A stretch of 64,000 nt of DNA from Malacoraja senta (Eukaryota), in contig CM075978.1 in NCBI GenBank assembly GCA_038087875.1, positions 79,732,001-79,796,000 on the forward strand. Direction: 5' to 3'. The translations under genes were made by a program, and so were the position numbers. The notes beneath the pieces were generated by a model. It was not told the DNA's origin and searched no databases. It saw nothing but the letters and a program-made list of their open reading frames with translations. The stretch's first letter is position 1, and each line of letters opens with the position of its first letter. Positions 24,482 to 37,997 of the stretch are shown one piece after another.

Positions 24482-25033
24482 AGGGGCTGTCCCACTGCGG
24501 CGACCTAATTGGCGAGTTTAGAAGAGTTTGCCCACGACTCATACTCGCAGCATGGTCGACACAAGGTCCTAGGAGGTCTTTGTAACTCTCCTTCATGCTC
24601 GAGAGTAGTCCCCGCGTACTCGAGGCCTCAGCTAGGTCGTGGCGTATTTTTCAACATGCTGAAAAATGCCCGCGAGTAAAAAAAGGTTGCCATGGAAAAA
24701 ATTGATTTTTTTTTTTTACTCGTAGGTTTAGTCGATGTAGGTCGTAGTAGGTCGGCATGTTATTCGTAGGTAATCGAGGGTAGTCGAAGGTAATCAAAGG
24801 TAGTCGAAAGTAGTCATAGATAGTCTTCAACATAGTCGAAGGGAGGTCGAAGGAGATCGAAGGAGGTCGTCTTCACTCTCCACTATTCGGTGTCCAATTT
24901 TCCCGAAGCTAGTCGAAGCTGGTCTTCAACATAGTCGGAGGAGGTCGAAGGAGATCTTCAACATGACATTTTTTCAAACTCGCCTAAACTCTTCTAAACT
25001 GGCCTATTAGGTCGCCGCAGTGGGACAGCCCCT
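24482..25033. mobile_element. PIF/Harbinger MITE
   Basis: TIRs AGGGGCTGTCCCACTGCGGCGACCTAAT / TATTAGGTCGCCGCAGTGGGACAGCCCCT. TAA TSD at 24479-81 and 25034-36. Internal GTAGTCGAAG repeats. Confidence 0.92.
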
Positions 25034-27020
25034 TAAGGCAATAGCTGTGTTCACAGAAGCTTCTTCATAATCTATTCAGGTTTTGGATTCACATGGACAA
25101 AATGGCCTTAACACCTTCACTACCAATATGCTTTAATTCAAAGGTTCCTTCTTGTAATATTATTTGTTAAAACTCATAATGCAATTTTCAGAAATATTGA
25201 AGTCTCTTACTTGAAGTCAACAGAAGGGAGTTGCCTTGGAGTTGCTGGTGTGCAGCATGCCCTGAGAATGCACGGCTGCAAGAAATTCAGTGACCATCCT
25301 AAAGAAAGTCTGGGTCAATAAAGACATCTCCAATGCTACATCAGGCCAAATGCATTGCTAGCTGTGTGACAGTTCAGTGTACTATGTTTCCTATCATTAA
25401 CAACTTGTATCAACCAGGACACATGTCTAATATTCACATGCCCAGTCATTACAACGATTCAATTATATTTTATTGTCTTTGTTTTTGCATCCATTTCCAT
25501 GAAATCATGGAGCAGACTTCACCAATGCAGGACTCAAAGAGTGGCCACGTTTCTGGCGCTGACAAAGTCACGAAAGTTCTTAGTACGGTCTTATGTTATC
25601 GCAGCAGGCCTTACTGCTGCCGGCCTCACACTCACATCTCATGGTTTGCACACACTGTCAATATTCAACTCTGTTTGCCACTGTGACAAAAACATGAAAT
25701 GACAATCATCAGCCCACACCCCTCATTCTTAAAGGACAAGAAGCTGTACTGTCGGTTGCAAATTTTTATGGCTGCAGCATGAGGGAGATTTGTGTGGAAG
25801 TATTGACTTGGAATTATAGATATTATGCATGTTGGTACCCATGGGTTTAGAACTAGGAAAATTATTCCCTAGATTAACCAAAGTTGATATTCCCTCCACC
25901 TCCGTGTCCTTCTCCCTTCTCCCACCCCCCCCCCCTCCGTTAGTAATTGGTCTTACTCTGCTTGCCCTCTGCTTGTTCTCCAGTCTTGCAATACTCCAAG
26001 AAAAGGCTACTGATATGCTTATGTAATGGTATCAATGCAAAAATGAAGCAAAATAACACCCTTAGTTCAGATAAAGTGTGTGATTTCTCTGTAAAGCCTT
26101 TTTATAGTGCAGTATCATCTAACCACAGGAGGGAGATGAGGAACAGAATCACAAGATCTCTTCTGGCCTTTGATGATGATTTTCAGAATATTGTATGCCC
26201 ACATTGTATGTACAAAAACATACAGAAAATGCAGTGAAAAGCACAGTTCTGCATTACAAAATTCAAACCTCGATGTGAATGGCTCAGCCATGTCTATGTT
26301 AATAACTAGTGACATATCTTATGAGGTGAGATCCTCTTCACTACTTAGTGAGGAACCCTGTGGTTTCAGATAATTATCTGGTTTAAAATATGTCATCATC
26401 TGATGACACTTCATCATACGACTGTAACGTGGATGAATACAAATGAAACCAGCTCAATCAATCTATGATGCATCTTGATAACCAGCTTCCTGGTGCTGAA
26501 TCTCAGACAAATACTGCAAAATGATGATCACAGCTTTGACACAAGGTCGTTCCTTCATCTTGGCTCTGGTTTCATCAAATACATAAATGGTTTAACACGT
26601 CTGGTCATCAGTAACTCGGCGATGTCTGCACCGCATTTGTACGTGGTATCGTGAAATTTAGAAACAGGCCAGATTTCTCTCGTACTCACTATCTTTCATT
26701 AAATATTGACCTTCCAAATGATAGATAACGTGGTTTAGAATGCATATGGGATGCTGGCCTTCAATAGCCTGGGCATTGAATACACAAGCAGGGAAATTAT
26801 GCTCCAATATTATAAAACATATTTTATCCAGTCAAAATGGACTCATTTCATCATGAGTACTCAAGATTTTTCCAATCACCTGATATAATTAGAAATGTAT
26901 GTTTGTAATAATAGTCCATGTTGCTTTAATATTAAAAAATAAGCATATAAATAGTTAATATCTTCATAGATTTTCTGGGAGATCAGCGAGAGCAGTGCAG
27001 AGTGCTTGATTGTCTGATTT

Positions 27021-28148
27021 AATCGAAAAGGGACTGGCAGGTCAAGGAAGACCTCCACAGAAGATGACAGAAGAATTATTTCTATAATAAAGAAAAATCC
27101 CCAAACACCTGTCCGACAGATCAGAAACACTCCTCAGGAGTCAGGTGTTGATTTGTCAATGACCACTGTCCGCAGAAGACTTCATGAACAGAAATACAGA
27201 TGCTACATTGCAAGATGCAAACCACTGGTTAGCCGCAAAAATAGGATGGCCAGGTTACAGTTTGTCAAGAAGTACTTAAAAGAACAACCATGGTTCTGGA
27301 AAAAAGGTCTTGTGGACAGAGGAGATGAAGATTAACTTCTATCAGAGTAATGGCAAGAGCAAAGTATGGAAGAGAGAAGGAACTGCCCAAGATCCAAAGC
27401 ATACCACCTCATCTGTGAAACACGGTGGTGGGGGTGTTATGGCCTGGGCATGTATAGCTACTGAAGGTACAGGCTCACTTATCTTCATTGATGACACAAC
27501 TGCTGATGGTAGTAGCATAATGAATTCTGAAGTGTATAGACACATCCTATCTGCTCAAGTTCAAACAAATGCCTCAAAACTCATTGGCCGGCGGTTCATT
27601 CTACAGCAAGACAATGATCCCAAACATATTGCTAAAGAACAAAGGAGTTTTTCAAAGCAAAAAAATGGTAAATTCTTGAGTGGCCAAATCAATCACCCGA
27701 TCTGAACCCAATTAAGCATGACTTTCATATGGTGAAGAGAAAACTGAAGGGGACTAGCCCCCAAAACAAGCAAAAGCTAAAGATGGCTGCAATACAGGCC
27801 TGGCAGAGCATCACCAGAGAAGACACCCAGAACTGGTGATGTCCATGAATTTCAGACTTCAAGCAGTCATTGCATGCAAAGGATATGCAACAAAAATACT
27901 AAACATGATTACTTTCATTTACATTACATTTCTGTGTCCCAAACATTATGGTGCCCTGAAATGGGGGGGGGGGGGGGGGGGGGGGGAACTATGTATAAAC
28001 ACTGCTGTAATTTCTACATGGTGGGACCAAAATGTATAAAAATGGCCTTTATTAAAATCTGACAATGTGCACTTTGTGATTTTTTTCTATTACAAATCTC
28101 AAATTGTGGAGTAGGGAGGCAAATAAATCAATGATGGGTCTTTGTCCC
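27021..28148 (+). mobile_element. Second Tc1 family, 5' truncated, transposase pseudogene
   Basis: [30 protein letters not shown] and SPDLNPI occur in shifted frames. Partial right TIR with TGTCCCAAACATTATGG. Confidence 0.9.
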
Positions 28149-29359
28149 ACCAATGAACCTTCCTCTCTGTTAGACGCTGCCTTCTTGAAGCAGCATCTCA
28201 CGTGGATGATTTCAATGGAGGGAAGAGCTGTGTCCATGATGCACAAGGCTGAGTCAGAGGATCTGTGGCGGTTTGATAAAGCTGGTCAGTACTATATTTT
28301 CAAGGACTATAAGGGAGAGGCAATAATTGTTGCCCTTGGTAATGATGCTCATTCCGAAACTAGATAAATAGTAAAAAATACTCATTAATCTTGAAGCGTG
28401 AAAGGTTGGCAGAGGAACGTATTAACCTGCCAAGACTTAAGAGAACATATGGTATGAGAAAGCACTGTGACACCTCCTATATATTAAAATATGTAGCATG
28501 TGGTTCAATAATATGTGTCCAACATTTTCAAAATTCTAAGAGATGCAGATTTTAGAAATTCACCCTCCTCTTTCAAAAATATGTAATTTTTTTTCGGATT
28601 CCTGTGCTGAAGACATAAAAGTATTAAAAAAATTAAACCAGATATAGGGATATCCCTATCGCACGCATATTACTGCTTTACTGATGAATTATTTTAAACG
28701 TCCATGTATCATCGCAGTTTTCTTGAACATTTATCCACCCTTGGGGAAGAACATATCAAACATGAATAATAAGCTATAAAGCTATTTCACATTCAACTTT
28801 ATTATATAGAAAAAACAAAAGAAAATCACCAAAAATGAAAGGAAAATTATAAAATAGATTTTGGATTATGTAGTTGTAACTCTCTCTTTTTCTATTCATA
28901 TTCTTTGGTTTATAACTCTCTTTTGTCTCAGTCTTCCTTCCCACTCTTTCTTGCCTGGTCTGTCAGAGTATTTTAAATGAGTGTCACTGGAACCCAATGT
29001 ACTGATGTTCCAAGGTGCCGGGTCTCCGACCCGCGGGGCTCTGGCCTCGACTTCTCCTCGGGCTCACCGCCATCGGCTACGGTCACTGACCCTTGGGCTC
29101 CGTCGACCCAGGTTCCATGGACTCCGTCGGCCACAGGCTCCACGGAATCCTGCCAAGTTCACACACCAAGCTGGCCTACAGATGGTCCTGGTGAATTGGG
29201 GAGGACAGTATAGATAAAGGGGCATGGAGATGGGTTGAAGGTGGACTCCACTTCTCCATGGATTTACGTTTGTGAAAAATCTTGAAGAATTTTTCTAGTA
29301 GCCTACAATGAATCATGGTTTGGGCTGGTGAGCAGAGAGCATGGAGAACTTCCATAGTG

Positions 29360-29937
29360 CATTGACTACTGTAACTCTCTTCTTTTCGGAATCAATTCCA
29401 GCAGCATCAAACGACTCCAACTGGTCCAAAATGCAGCCGCTCGACTCATTACCCACACCAAATCCTGGCACCACATCACCCCAGTTCTCAAAGAACTTCA
29501 CTGGCTTCCCATTTCCCACCGGATCACCTACAAAATCCTGGTCCTCACCTACAAAGCCCTCAACAACCTGGCCCCCCCTTATCTCATTGACCTCCTCTCC
29601 CCCTACCAACCCTCACGGTCCCTCAGATCCACATCAGCTAGTCTCCTCTCCACTCCAAAATCAAACCTCTGCACTTTTGGAGGCAGAGCCTTCTCCAGGG
29701 CAGCTCCCAGGCTCTGGAATTCCCTCCCACAACCGGTCCGAAATTCTGAGTCCCTCACCATCTTCCAGTCTCGCCTCAAGACCCATCTCTTCACCTCTGC
29801 ATACCCTTAGTCCCATGTTCCCCTCCCCTCTGTCTTACTGCTCTATTTTGTTTTGTTTATTCCTGATTCTCAATTGTAAAGCGACTTTGAGTCCTGTAAA
29901 GCGCTATATAAATAAAATCTATTATTATTATTATTAT
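29360..29937 (+). mobile_element. L2 LINE 3' end
   Basis: Translates LQLVQNAAARLIT...HITPVLKELHWLP...YKILVLTYKAL...RSLRS. Tail GCGCTATATAAATAAA followed by (TAT)n. Confidence 0.9.
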
Positions 29938-31249
29938 CTGCACATATGCTCCACAGGTTGTAGCCAGATTTGCAGTTATATCATTTTATCCCGATGATAG
30001 TCCTGGACCTCATATGTTAACTGGATCTCTTTCCACTGAGATTACCTGATCTGCTGAGTCTTTCCAGCATTTTCTGATTTTATTTCAGTTTTCCAGCATT
30101 TGTAGATTATTTTAGATTTTTTTCAATCACCTGTCATTGATCCTTATTTGCTTGGTAAAACATTTCACCTTGCAAGTGAACCCTTTAAAATAGTAGCTGG
30201 TGGGACTAATTTCCATCACCACTATTGCCATGGGTTAACTTTGTCTCAGGTGGTATTTATTGATTGTATGCTTTAGATTCATATTCCAACCCAGGTAGGT
30301 TGTCATTATTTGTATTGGTTCTTAGGAATAATGGATTATCCTCCACCAATAAGCTTGTGGCGTTCCAGAAAGAGAAAAGAACAGGCAAAGGTACCATGGG
30401 GGTGTACGTTAGGAAAAAAGGACCTCTGCATGCCCCTTGGAACTGTAATGCGTGAGGAATGTTAGCTGAAGTGAACGAAGAGTTATAAGGAACGGGTGCG
30501 AGCATTGCACAACTAAAGCATCAACTTTTAGCACCACTCAGCAAACAGTTCATAAAGTAGATCATTGGCAAGCTGGAGGAGCAACTGAAGCTTAAGGCCT
30601 CGACTAAGCGCTTGATTCATTACTCACATCCAAACTACTAAAGTTACATAAAAGATAAAATAGCCAATGATTATGTCCAGACTGAGGCTACATATTGTCA
30701 TCTAGCTGGATGCAGGAGAGTGTCAGATACGTTTAATTCATGTGGAGAATATCTAAGTGGAAAGTTAGGTGAAGTAAGTGCTCAAAGAATCTCTGGAAAG
30801 AATCAATAGTTCTCCTCTTCTGGCCTCAACTACATTGGCATATTTTTGTACCCTTTCTTCAATCCTTATAGCACAGTAGTCTCGGGAGACTCTCCATTGC
30901 CAACACAGTTCCAGGTTCCACCTGAAATCTGACATTATTTCCATTTGCTATCGAAGGCAGACTGATTTCAGATGCAGGGCTGGGCTGTTCAATTTGGCTC
31001 AAAGTTTTTAAAGTTCTGACTTCTCCATATGTTTTATCACACTTCCCAGGCACTTGCTTCACCTGCCTGATTCCAAGTGGAAACGATGCCCTTCAATGGA
31101 GAAAGCATGGACCATAATAAGGATTTGATTGGATCTCTCTGCAAGATGGATGTGGGACAGTGAAGTGTACATAACTAGTGGAGGAGATGAAGGGTATTCA
31201 TGTGCATCAGGAGCTCCTCCTGACACTTCCTGAAAAGGCAATGGGAGAG

Positions 31250-31935
31250 ATTATCGATAGTGCACTTCCTTGAAAGTGGCATCACAGGTGGATAGGGTGG
31301 GCAAGAAGGCTTTAGTCACATTGGCCTTCATCAGTCAGAGTATTGAGTAGAGAAGTTGGGAGGTCATGCCACAGTTATATAAGACGTTGGTGAGGCCACA
31401 TTAAGAGTATTGTGTTCAGTTTTGGTCACCATGTTATTGGAATGATGTTGCCAAGCTTGAAAGGATTCAGAGATTTCCCATGATGTTTCCAGGAGTTCTG
31501 GAACAGATCTATAGGGGTTAAGCAGGCAGGGCCTTTAATCCTTGGAGCAAAGGTGGATGTGGGATATTCTTATAGAGGTGTACAAAATTATGAGAGGAAT
31601 TGATTGGGTAAATACACAGTCTTTTGCCCAGAGTAGGGGAATCGAGATCCAGCAGACATAGGTTTAAGGTGAGGGGGGGAAAGATTTAATGGGAAACTGA
31701 GGATAATTATTTTATACAAAGGGCGGTGGGTGTATGGAACGAGCTGCCGAAGGAGGTAGTTGAGGCAGGTACTATGGCAACATTTAAGAAACATTGAAAC
31801 AGATCCAACGATAGGGTAGGTTGAGAGGGATATGGGCCAAAAGCAGGTAAGTGGGATTAGATTAGATGGGCCATGTTGGTCTGCGTGGGCAAGTTGGGCT
31901 GAAGGAACTTGTTTCCACATTGTATGACTCCATGA
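31250..31935 (+). mobile_element. CR1 LINE 3' fragment
   Basis: LVRPH-EYCVQFWSP remnant and a CR1 3' UTR. Confidence 0.8.
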
Positions 31936-32849
31936 CTATTACCTTCAATGTCAGGGTCCAGGTAATGCCTGACACAATTAGTCAAAGTCAGGGAATGTTC
32001 AAATGTCATATTCTATCAACTGGCTCAACCTACTTACTAACAATCTCCATCAATCTGGAATTATATCTACCATTCACATGTTTCACTTCATCTTCACATG
32101 CCCTGTTTCGCTGCAGGTCCTACTTCCACCTATGTCAGCCCATGAACCTTACAGCTGCAGCACCCACACAAACTGGATAATTGATACTTTCACAAACAAA
32201 GTGAGAGCAAGCAATGACTGGGTGCCAGGGTTTGCCAGCTGGCAAACTGCTTTTGACAGTCTTGTGGTCAGGGCTTGTTCTGGCCTATATATATATTGGC
32301 ATTGCATTGTGCAAGGCTCTGCTGCAGTGCAGGGCATTGGAATTGCAGATTAGGATGCCTTAAGGTAGCAGGTTGACACACACAAAGCTGGAGAAGCCAA
32401 ATATATGCAAGTGCCTTGCCACTGACTCCAAACTCTTGGCCATTGTTTTGCTGTTCATCGCATCATATTCTGCAGGATGCAGCGGTGCCAAGACTGGATG
32501 CTGCACTTCTTTATATTGTAATATGGGATACATTTCAAAAGCCAGATTCTCAAAGTACGTTGTGTTGCTATATCCCCATTTTCCCATGTCTTCTCCATGG
32601 CCAGAAGTATGTCCTCCCACCTCTGAGACCAGGGCACCTAAAAGGCATAAAGACACGTAAAAACGCAATAGGAATGAAAATACGAAGGAAAGATGCGGAA
32701 GGTAATGTTATGTATGGAAGTGCGTGATTGATGGTCAGTGGGCTGAAGGATCTGTTTACACACTGTATCTCTCTGATTCTCTGAATATATGAAATGCAGC
32801 AATCAACAAAGATCCCAGATTCATCAAAAAAACTGTTACATTTTTTTAA

Positions 32850-33205
32850 TAATCGTGAGAGGAATAGATCCGGTAAACGCACGGACTCTTGCCGTCAGTA
32901 GGGGAAACGGGAACCAGAGGACATAGGTTTAGGTTGAGGATGGAAAGATTGAATAGGAATCGGAGGGGTAACTTCTTTTACATAAAGGGTGGTGGGTGTA
33001 TGAAACGAGCCGCCGGAGGAGGTAGTTGAGGTAGATACTATTGCAATGTTTAAGAAACAATTAGACAGGGGCATGGATAGGATAGGTTTAGAGGGATATA
33101 GGCCAAATGGAGGCAGGTGGGACTAGTGTAGATTGGGCATGTTGGCCAGTGTGGTCAAGTTGGGCCAATGGGCCTGTTTCCACACTGCATGGCTCTCTAT
33201 GACTC
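32850..33205 (+). mobile_element. CR1 LINE 3' fragment
   Basis: AGGGTGGTGGGTGTATGAAACGAGC...GGGCCTGTTTCCACACTG, same family as 31.6-31.9 kb. Confidence 0.8.
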
Positions 33206-34274
33206 TAATATTGTATGAAGATCAAATGTTCCCATGTGCATCAGGTGAACTTTTCATTTCTGCACAGCACAGGTGTCTCACCTGGAAGGCAGGACAGTTT
33301 CAACCACACTGTACTCTCACTGAACTGCACATAATCATGGTGTTCAAATCAAGGAAATGAATCTTGAATTCAGAACTTTCTGATTCAATGGTGAGATGGA
33401 CACCAGTACTGGGATCAATGAAGTGAGCAGCAAATAGGTCAGAAATGGTTTCAGGGCAGAGCCTTTCCCAATGGAATACGATTGACTCCATGCCCAGAAT
33501 GGCTTTTGAGTTTGTTCTGCTGCTCTCATAGACTTGCAAGCTGTCAAAGTAATCATTGAAATTGGATGTTTGTGTATATCGCTATAAACATTCAAAGACA
33601 CTCATAAGCCCTTACAAAATTTAAACTGATATTGCAATTTTCAAATTTAATAACATGCTTAAAAAGGTTAAAAACGAACACTAGAAAAACCCATTAAAGG
33701 TAATTACATTTATTTAAAACAACCATATAATTAAAAATAAACAGAATCTTGATGGTCAAAGTAGACTCATTTGGGTGAAGGGCTCCTTTGTTAACTGAAC
33801 TCTCTATGTGTCCAAATTAAAAAATAAATTAACATAATTATACTTCTTTTCACAATTCTTTATTCCACCTGAAATGAATGGGTCCATTGGACTTGTGCAA
33901 CTTTAAACTGACATCGATTCAGCAGAAAGATCTCCATTCTAAGTCCATGGTTTTCACCAGAGGAATGTGGAATGCAGTTGTCCCACAGCTTTGCAGAATC
34001 AGAGATTTCTGCTGTTGAGAATCTTGAGCTTCTGCCTAGTTATGTGACATTTCCGGCTTCCTTGATTTTTCAGCCTTTGCTAATGCCAGACTCTCTGACT
34101 TCCTTTTGAGGTTCCATAGCTTTCAAGGCCTGTCTCACGAGTCTGCGGTCATTGGCGGCAAAACAGGAACAATCTACCGCTCCTGGGCCGCCAGAGACCG
34201 TGGGCTCGGTCAAACGCAACACCGTGAGACAGAGCCTTTACTTTTCTGGGTGACACTCCATGCAAAGTACCGTA

Positions 34275-34496
34275 GAAACACAGAACTGCAGATGTTGGTT
34301 ACAAAAGAAGATACAAAGTGGCGGAATAACTCAGCGGGTCATGTAGCATCTCTGGAGAACATGGATAGGTTATACATTTCGGATTGGGACCCTTCTTCTG
34401 ACTGGTTTGAAGCAGATCTGAAGAAGGGCCTGACCCAAAATATCACCTATCCATGTTCTCCAGAGATGTTGCCTGACCCGCTGAGTTACTCCAGTT
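34275..34496. mobile_element. Palindromic Penelope-derived element
   Basis: Inverted arms around CCCTTCTTCTGAC...CTGAAGAAGGG. Confidence 0.75.
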
Positions 34497-34821
34497 CTTC
34501 CTTCAAAATGTTATAGTCAGGATACCTAAAATTTATGCCTGAACATTCCTATCTGAATGCTGAAAAAAAGGTGAGGTGCAGTCTAAAATGCAATCTGGAG
34601 TAGAGCAAGATTGCATGCATTCCCATGACCATTAATATCCTTTGGGAAATTTGACGTGACTTTTCAGTAAGATTTTCATTTTCACCAGCACTATTTTTCT
34701 GGCATAAATTTCCACAAGTGACATGAACACTATTGCAAAGTTTAGGCAGTGACAGTTTTCAGCCTTGCCTCTATCAAAACTACGTTTCTTATTTATTCAC
34801 CAAACAACCTGGTTTTATCAA

Positions 34822-34956
34822 ATGTGTAGGAAGGAACTACAGATGCTGTTTTAAACTGAAGATAGACACAAAATGCTGGAGTAACTCAACGGGACAGGCA
34901 ACATTTCTGGATATAAGGAAAGGGTGATATTTTGGTTCGAAACCCTTCTTCAGACT
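34822..34956 (-). mobile_element. Solo Penelope-derived arm
   Basis: TGTGTAGGAAGGAACT...CCCTTCTTCAGAC, with AACCTGGTTTT repeated on both flanks. Confidence 0.8.
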
Positions 34957-35469
34957 AACCTGGTTTTGTGTCTAACCTGGTTTTAACAACTCCTTTTCCT
35001 TTGAAGAATCAGCACAAGCTGCATGCTTTACCTCACGTAGATCGGTGAACTGATGTGGTCTCATATACATGTCGTACTAGTTTCCCCATGGAAGTCAACA
35101 TCACGGTCGCTCTCAGCTTGTTAGCCTCAGGGTTATTCCCAAATACTACTGCTGCTCACTTGCTCGAACCCCTGGCTGAAGTAGAGAAGCAATCATCAGC
35201 CTTTCCATCACCGCATATCAAGTGGCAGAGTGTGCTTGTTGATTTGTCGTACTCACTGTTTCTCCAATGTACAGTTACAGTCTGCATCTATGTTGTATTG
35301 CTTACATGACCTACTAGCAAATGTCTGTCAGAAAGCTGTAGCCCTGAGGCATCCATGGTCCCCTGGCACAAAGTAAACGTCCCCCGTGGGTATTATGCTT
35401 CACCTCCCTGATTCCCAGGATACTCTTTCTACCCCTCAAAGTTTACACCTCCCGGTGGCAGCAAGAGTT

Positions 35470-36020
35470 CAGTTTAGTTTAGTTTAGTTTAGTTTACAGT
35501 GAATAGCTTGTGTTGCGTGCAATCCAGTCAGCAGAAAGGCAAAACATGATTACAATTGAACCATTTACAGTATATAAAGGGAAAGGGAATAACGTTTAGT
35601 GCAAGGTAAAGCCAGCAAAGTCCAAACAAAGATAGTCCAAGGGTTCCAAAGAGGTAGATAGTAGTTCAGGACTGCTCTCTGGATGTGGTATGATCAGGGC
35701 CGGATATAGATGAAGAGAGGCCCTGGGCTATTCCACTTGTGAGGCCCCTCCCAATCAGCCTATGAAGCCTATAGGTAAATCCGGCCATGCCGAGGCCCCC
35801 CTAGATTTCGAGGCCCTAAGCTTAAGCTTGTGAAGCGTATACGTAAATCCGGCCCTGGGTAGGATGATTCAGTTGCCTGATAACAGCTGGGAAGAAACTG
35901 TCCCTGAATCTGGAGGTGTGCATTTTTACACCTACACTTTTTGCCTGATGGGAGAGGGGAGAAGATGGCGTGGCCAGGGTGCGACTTGTCCTTGATTACA
36001 CTGCTGGCCTTGCCGAGGAT
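35470..36020 (-). mobile_element. Rex1/Babar-type LINE 3' fragment
   Basis: GCCTGATGGGAGAGGGGAGAAG is the reverse of FSPLPSG. (TTTAG)n tail. Same family as 59770-60365. Confidence 0.75.
35695..35857. mobile_element. Small hAT-type MITE
   Basis: TIRs CAGGGCCGGAT / ATCCGGCCCTG. 8-bp TSD GGTATGAT / GGTAGGAT. Confidence 0.85.
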
Positions 36021-36409
36021 GCATGCTGCTTATATTCTGGAATGTCCTTTTTAGAGCTGGCTGCCAAGGTAGCCCTGCTTAGGTTAAAGTGTGGACCTGA
36101 TCTCCCATCTACCTCATTGTGGACCTTTGAACTATCTTTAATCGGACTTTATCAGACTTCATTTTGCACTAAATGTTGTACCCTTTATCCTTTAGCTGTG
36201 CACTGTGGATCGTAATCATGCACAGTCTTTATTTGACTGGACAGCATGCAAACAAAAGCTTTTCACTGTACATTGGTACATTTGACAATAATAAACTAAA
36301 CTATGCTAAAGAAAGGCAGCAACTGTGAGAACTCGTGGCACATCAATAGTGTGGCGCAGTGCTTGCTTGAATGGCTTGATTTCACTGTAACCAAATTGGA
36401 GCTTTGCTA

Positions 36410-36445
36410 AGGTCTGAAGAAGGGTTTCGGCCCAAAACGTTGCCT
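36410..36445 (+). ncRNA. Minimal type I hammerhead ribozyme-like motif (one core mutation)
   Basis: AGGT-CTGAAGA-A-GGGT(TTCG)GCCC-aAAAC-GTT-GCCT: helix I AGGT/GCCT, stem II with a UUCG loop. G12 is changed to A at a CpG site. Confidence 0.6.
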
Positions 36446-36506
36446 ATTTCCTTCGCTCCATTGATGCTGCTGCACCCGCTGAGTTTCTCCAGCATTTTTG
36501 TGTACC
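36411..36506 (+). mobile_element. 96-bp solo Penelope-derived insertion
   Basis: Perfect 15-bp TSD TTGGAGCTTTGCTAA at 36396-36410 and 36507-36521. Confidence 0.9.
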
Positions 36507-37695
36507 TTGGAGCTTTGCTAATGCAGATTTTAATTAATTGGTACCTACCTGCAGTACTTGCAGAAGGCTGCAACTTTTGTTATGCAGTGTAAAATATTCT
36601 TTGTTGCCGGTGAAATTGCCTAATCTCTCATTCTAGCTTGCAATAAAAAGATTGAGCACCTGCTAATCTGAAACAAAAAAACTGTAAATCCACGATGTGC
36701 TTGCAATTTAGAGAAGTTGAGAAGAAGTGTATTCTTTTTGCTGCAGTAAATTCAAAGCCATACTCTGCATTGTTTATCAAACATGCTACTAGGTGAATTA
36801 AGAAGTTGTTGCCATAGAAACAGCAGCCAAGAGCACTTGGATTTGCCACTTTTAATGGTTGACACAATACCAATAGCTATAATCTAATTGTTTGCAATAA
36901 TGGGCTTTTCCTAAACAACACCACACTTCACCAACGTGACAGGAACCCAACTTAAGAGTTTTTGTAGAACACATTATTACAAGGAAAAGTGTGTAAATCC
37001 CATAACAAAAAATAACGAGCTGCATTGTTTGTTCATTTCGAGGTAAACAGGGAGGTTTGGTATACAGAATAAATGATTATATTGGAATGGTGAACAGGCT
37101 TTTACGTGTCTTTAAAAAAAATAATTAAATCCTTATTTCCGATGCTCTCAGGGACGCACTGACAACTTTGTACACCAAGAAGAAAGCTTTACCTCTGCCA
37201 GTGGGAAGTTAGGCTTCTGGGTACAGATTTGTCCTTGGCCATTTGGATAAACAGACAACATTGCAGCGATGCTGATTGTACTCTGCTCTTGTAATTCTAT
37301 TGCAATGACGTCAAGGAAACCAATTGCAGCCCCTTTATTGCACGGTTAGCACAAGGCACCAAGGACACATTCACGCATTCATATACAACAATGAGATATT
37401 CCAGGCTGCTCTTTGCCTTTCAGAGTTAATGCCAAGTGAGAAAATCAAAAAGAATGGAGGGCTTTTTGGAGATGAAATCAAAAAATCAAACCAAGCTTTT
37501 GCAAAGAGCTTGGATTACAGCTCTGAGCCTTAAGTGAGGTGACTGTGTTGTAGTGCGATACAAAATCAAAACACAAAACAAAGGCAGTACTATTTACATA
37601 TGTAAAATTTTAGTCATCCCATTGGCATCAAATATTGATCGGCATTTATATTGTCACAAATAATCAATATGTGTGCAAATGGATTAAAAAAAATT

Positions 37696-37997
37696 GCCAC
37701 AGTGGTGCAGCGGTAGAGTTGTTGCCTTATTGCGCCAGAGATCTGGGTTTGATCCTCACTGCAGGAGCTGACTTTATGGAGTTTGTACGTTCGCCCTATG
37801 ACCGTGTGGATTTTCTCTGGGTGCTCCAGTATCCTCCCACATTGTAAAGACGTGCAGGTTTGTAGGTTTATTGGCTTTTGCAAATTGTCCCTAGTGTGTA
37901 GGATAGAACTAGCGTGTGGGTGATCACTGGTCGCCGTGGACCCGGTGGGCCGAGGGACTTATTTCCATGCTGTATCTCTTAACTCTAAACTAAACTC
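37696..37997 (+). mobile_element. V-SINE
   Basis: tRNA head, V-domain, CTAAA tail. Confidence 0.85.

Noticed and set aside
29341-29997. 218-aa ORF
   Set aside because: An off-frame reading of an L2 3' end that runs into the (TAT)n tail.
31063-31229. Minus-strand exon candidate with a TTTTCAG acceptor and GTGAAG donor
   Set aside because: Weak donor, unrecognised peptide, and it abuts CR1 debris.
32360-32882. Cluster of overlapping ORFs of about 100 aa
   Set aside because: No recognisable motifs or consistent splice signals; likely decayed repeat or chance.
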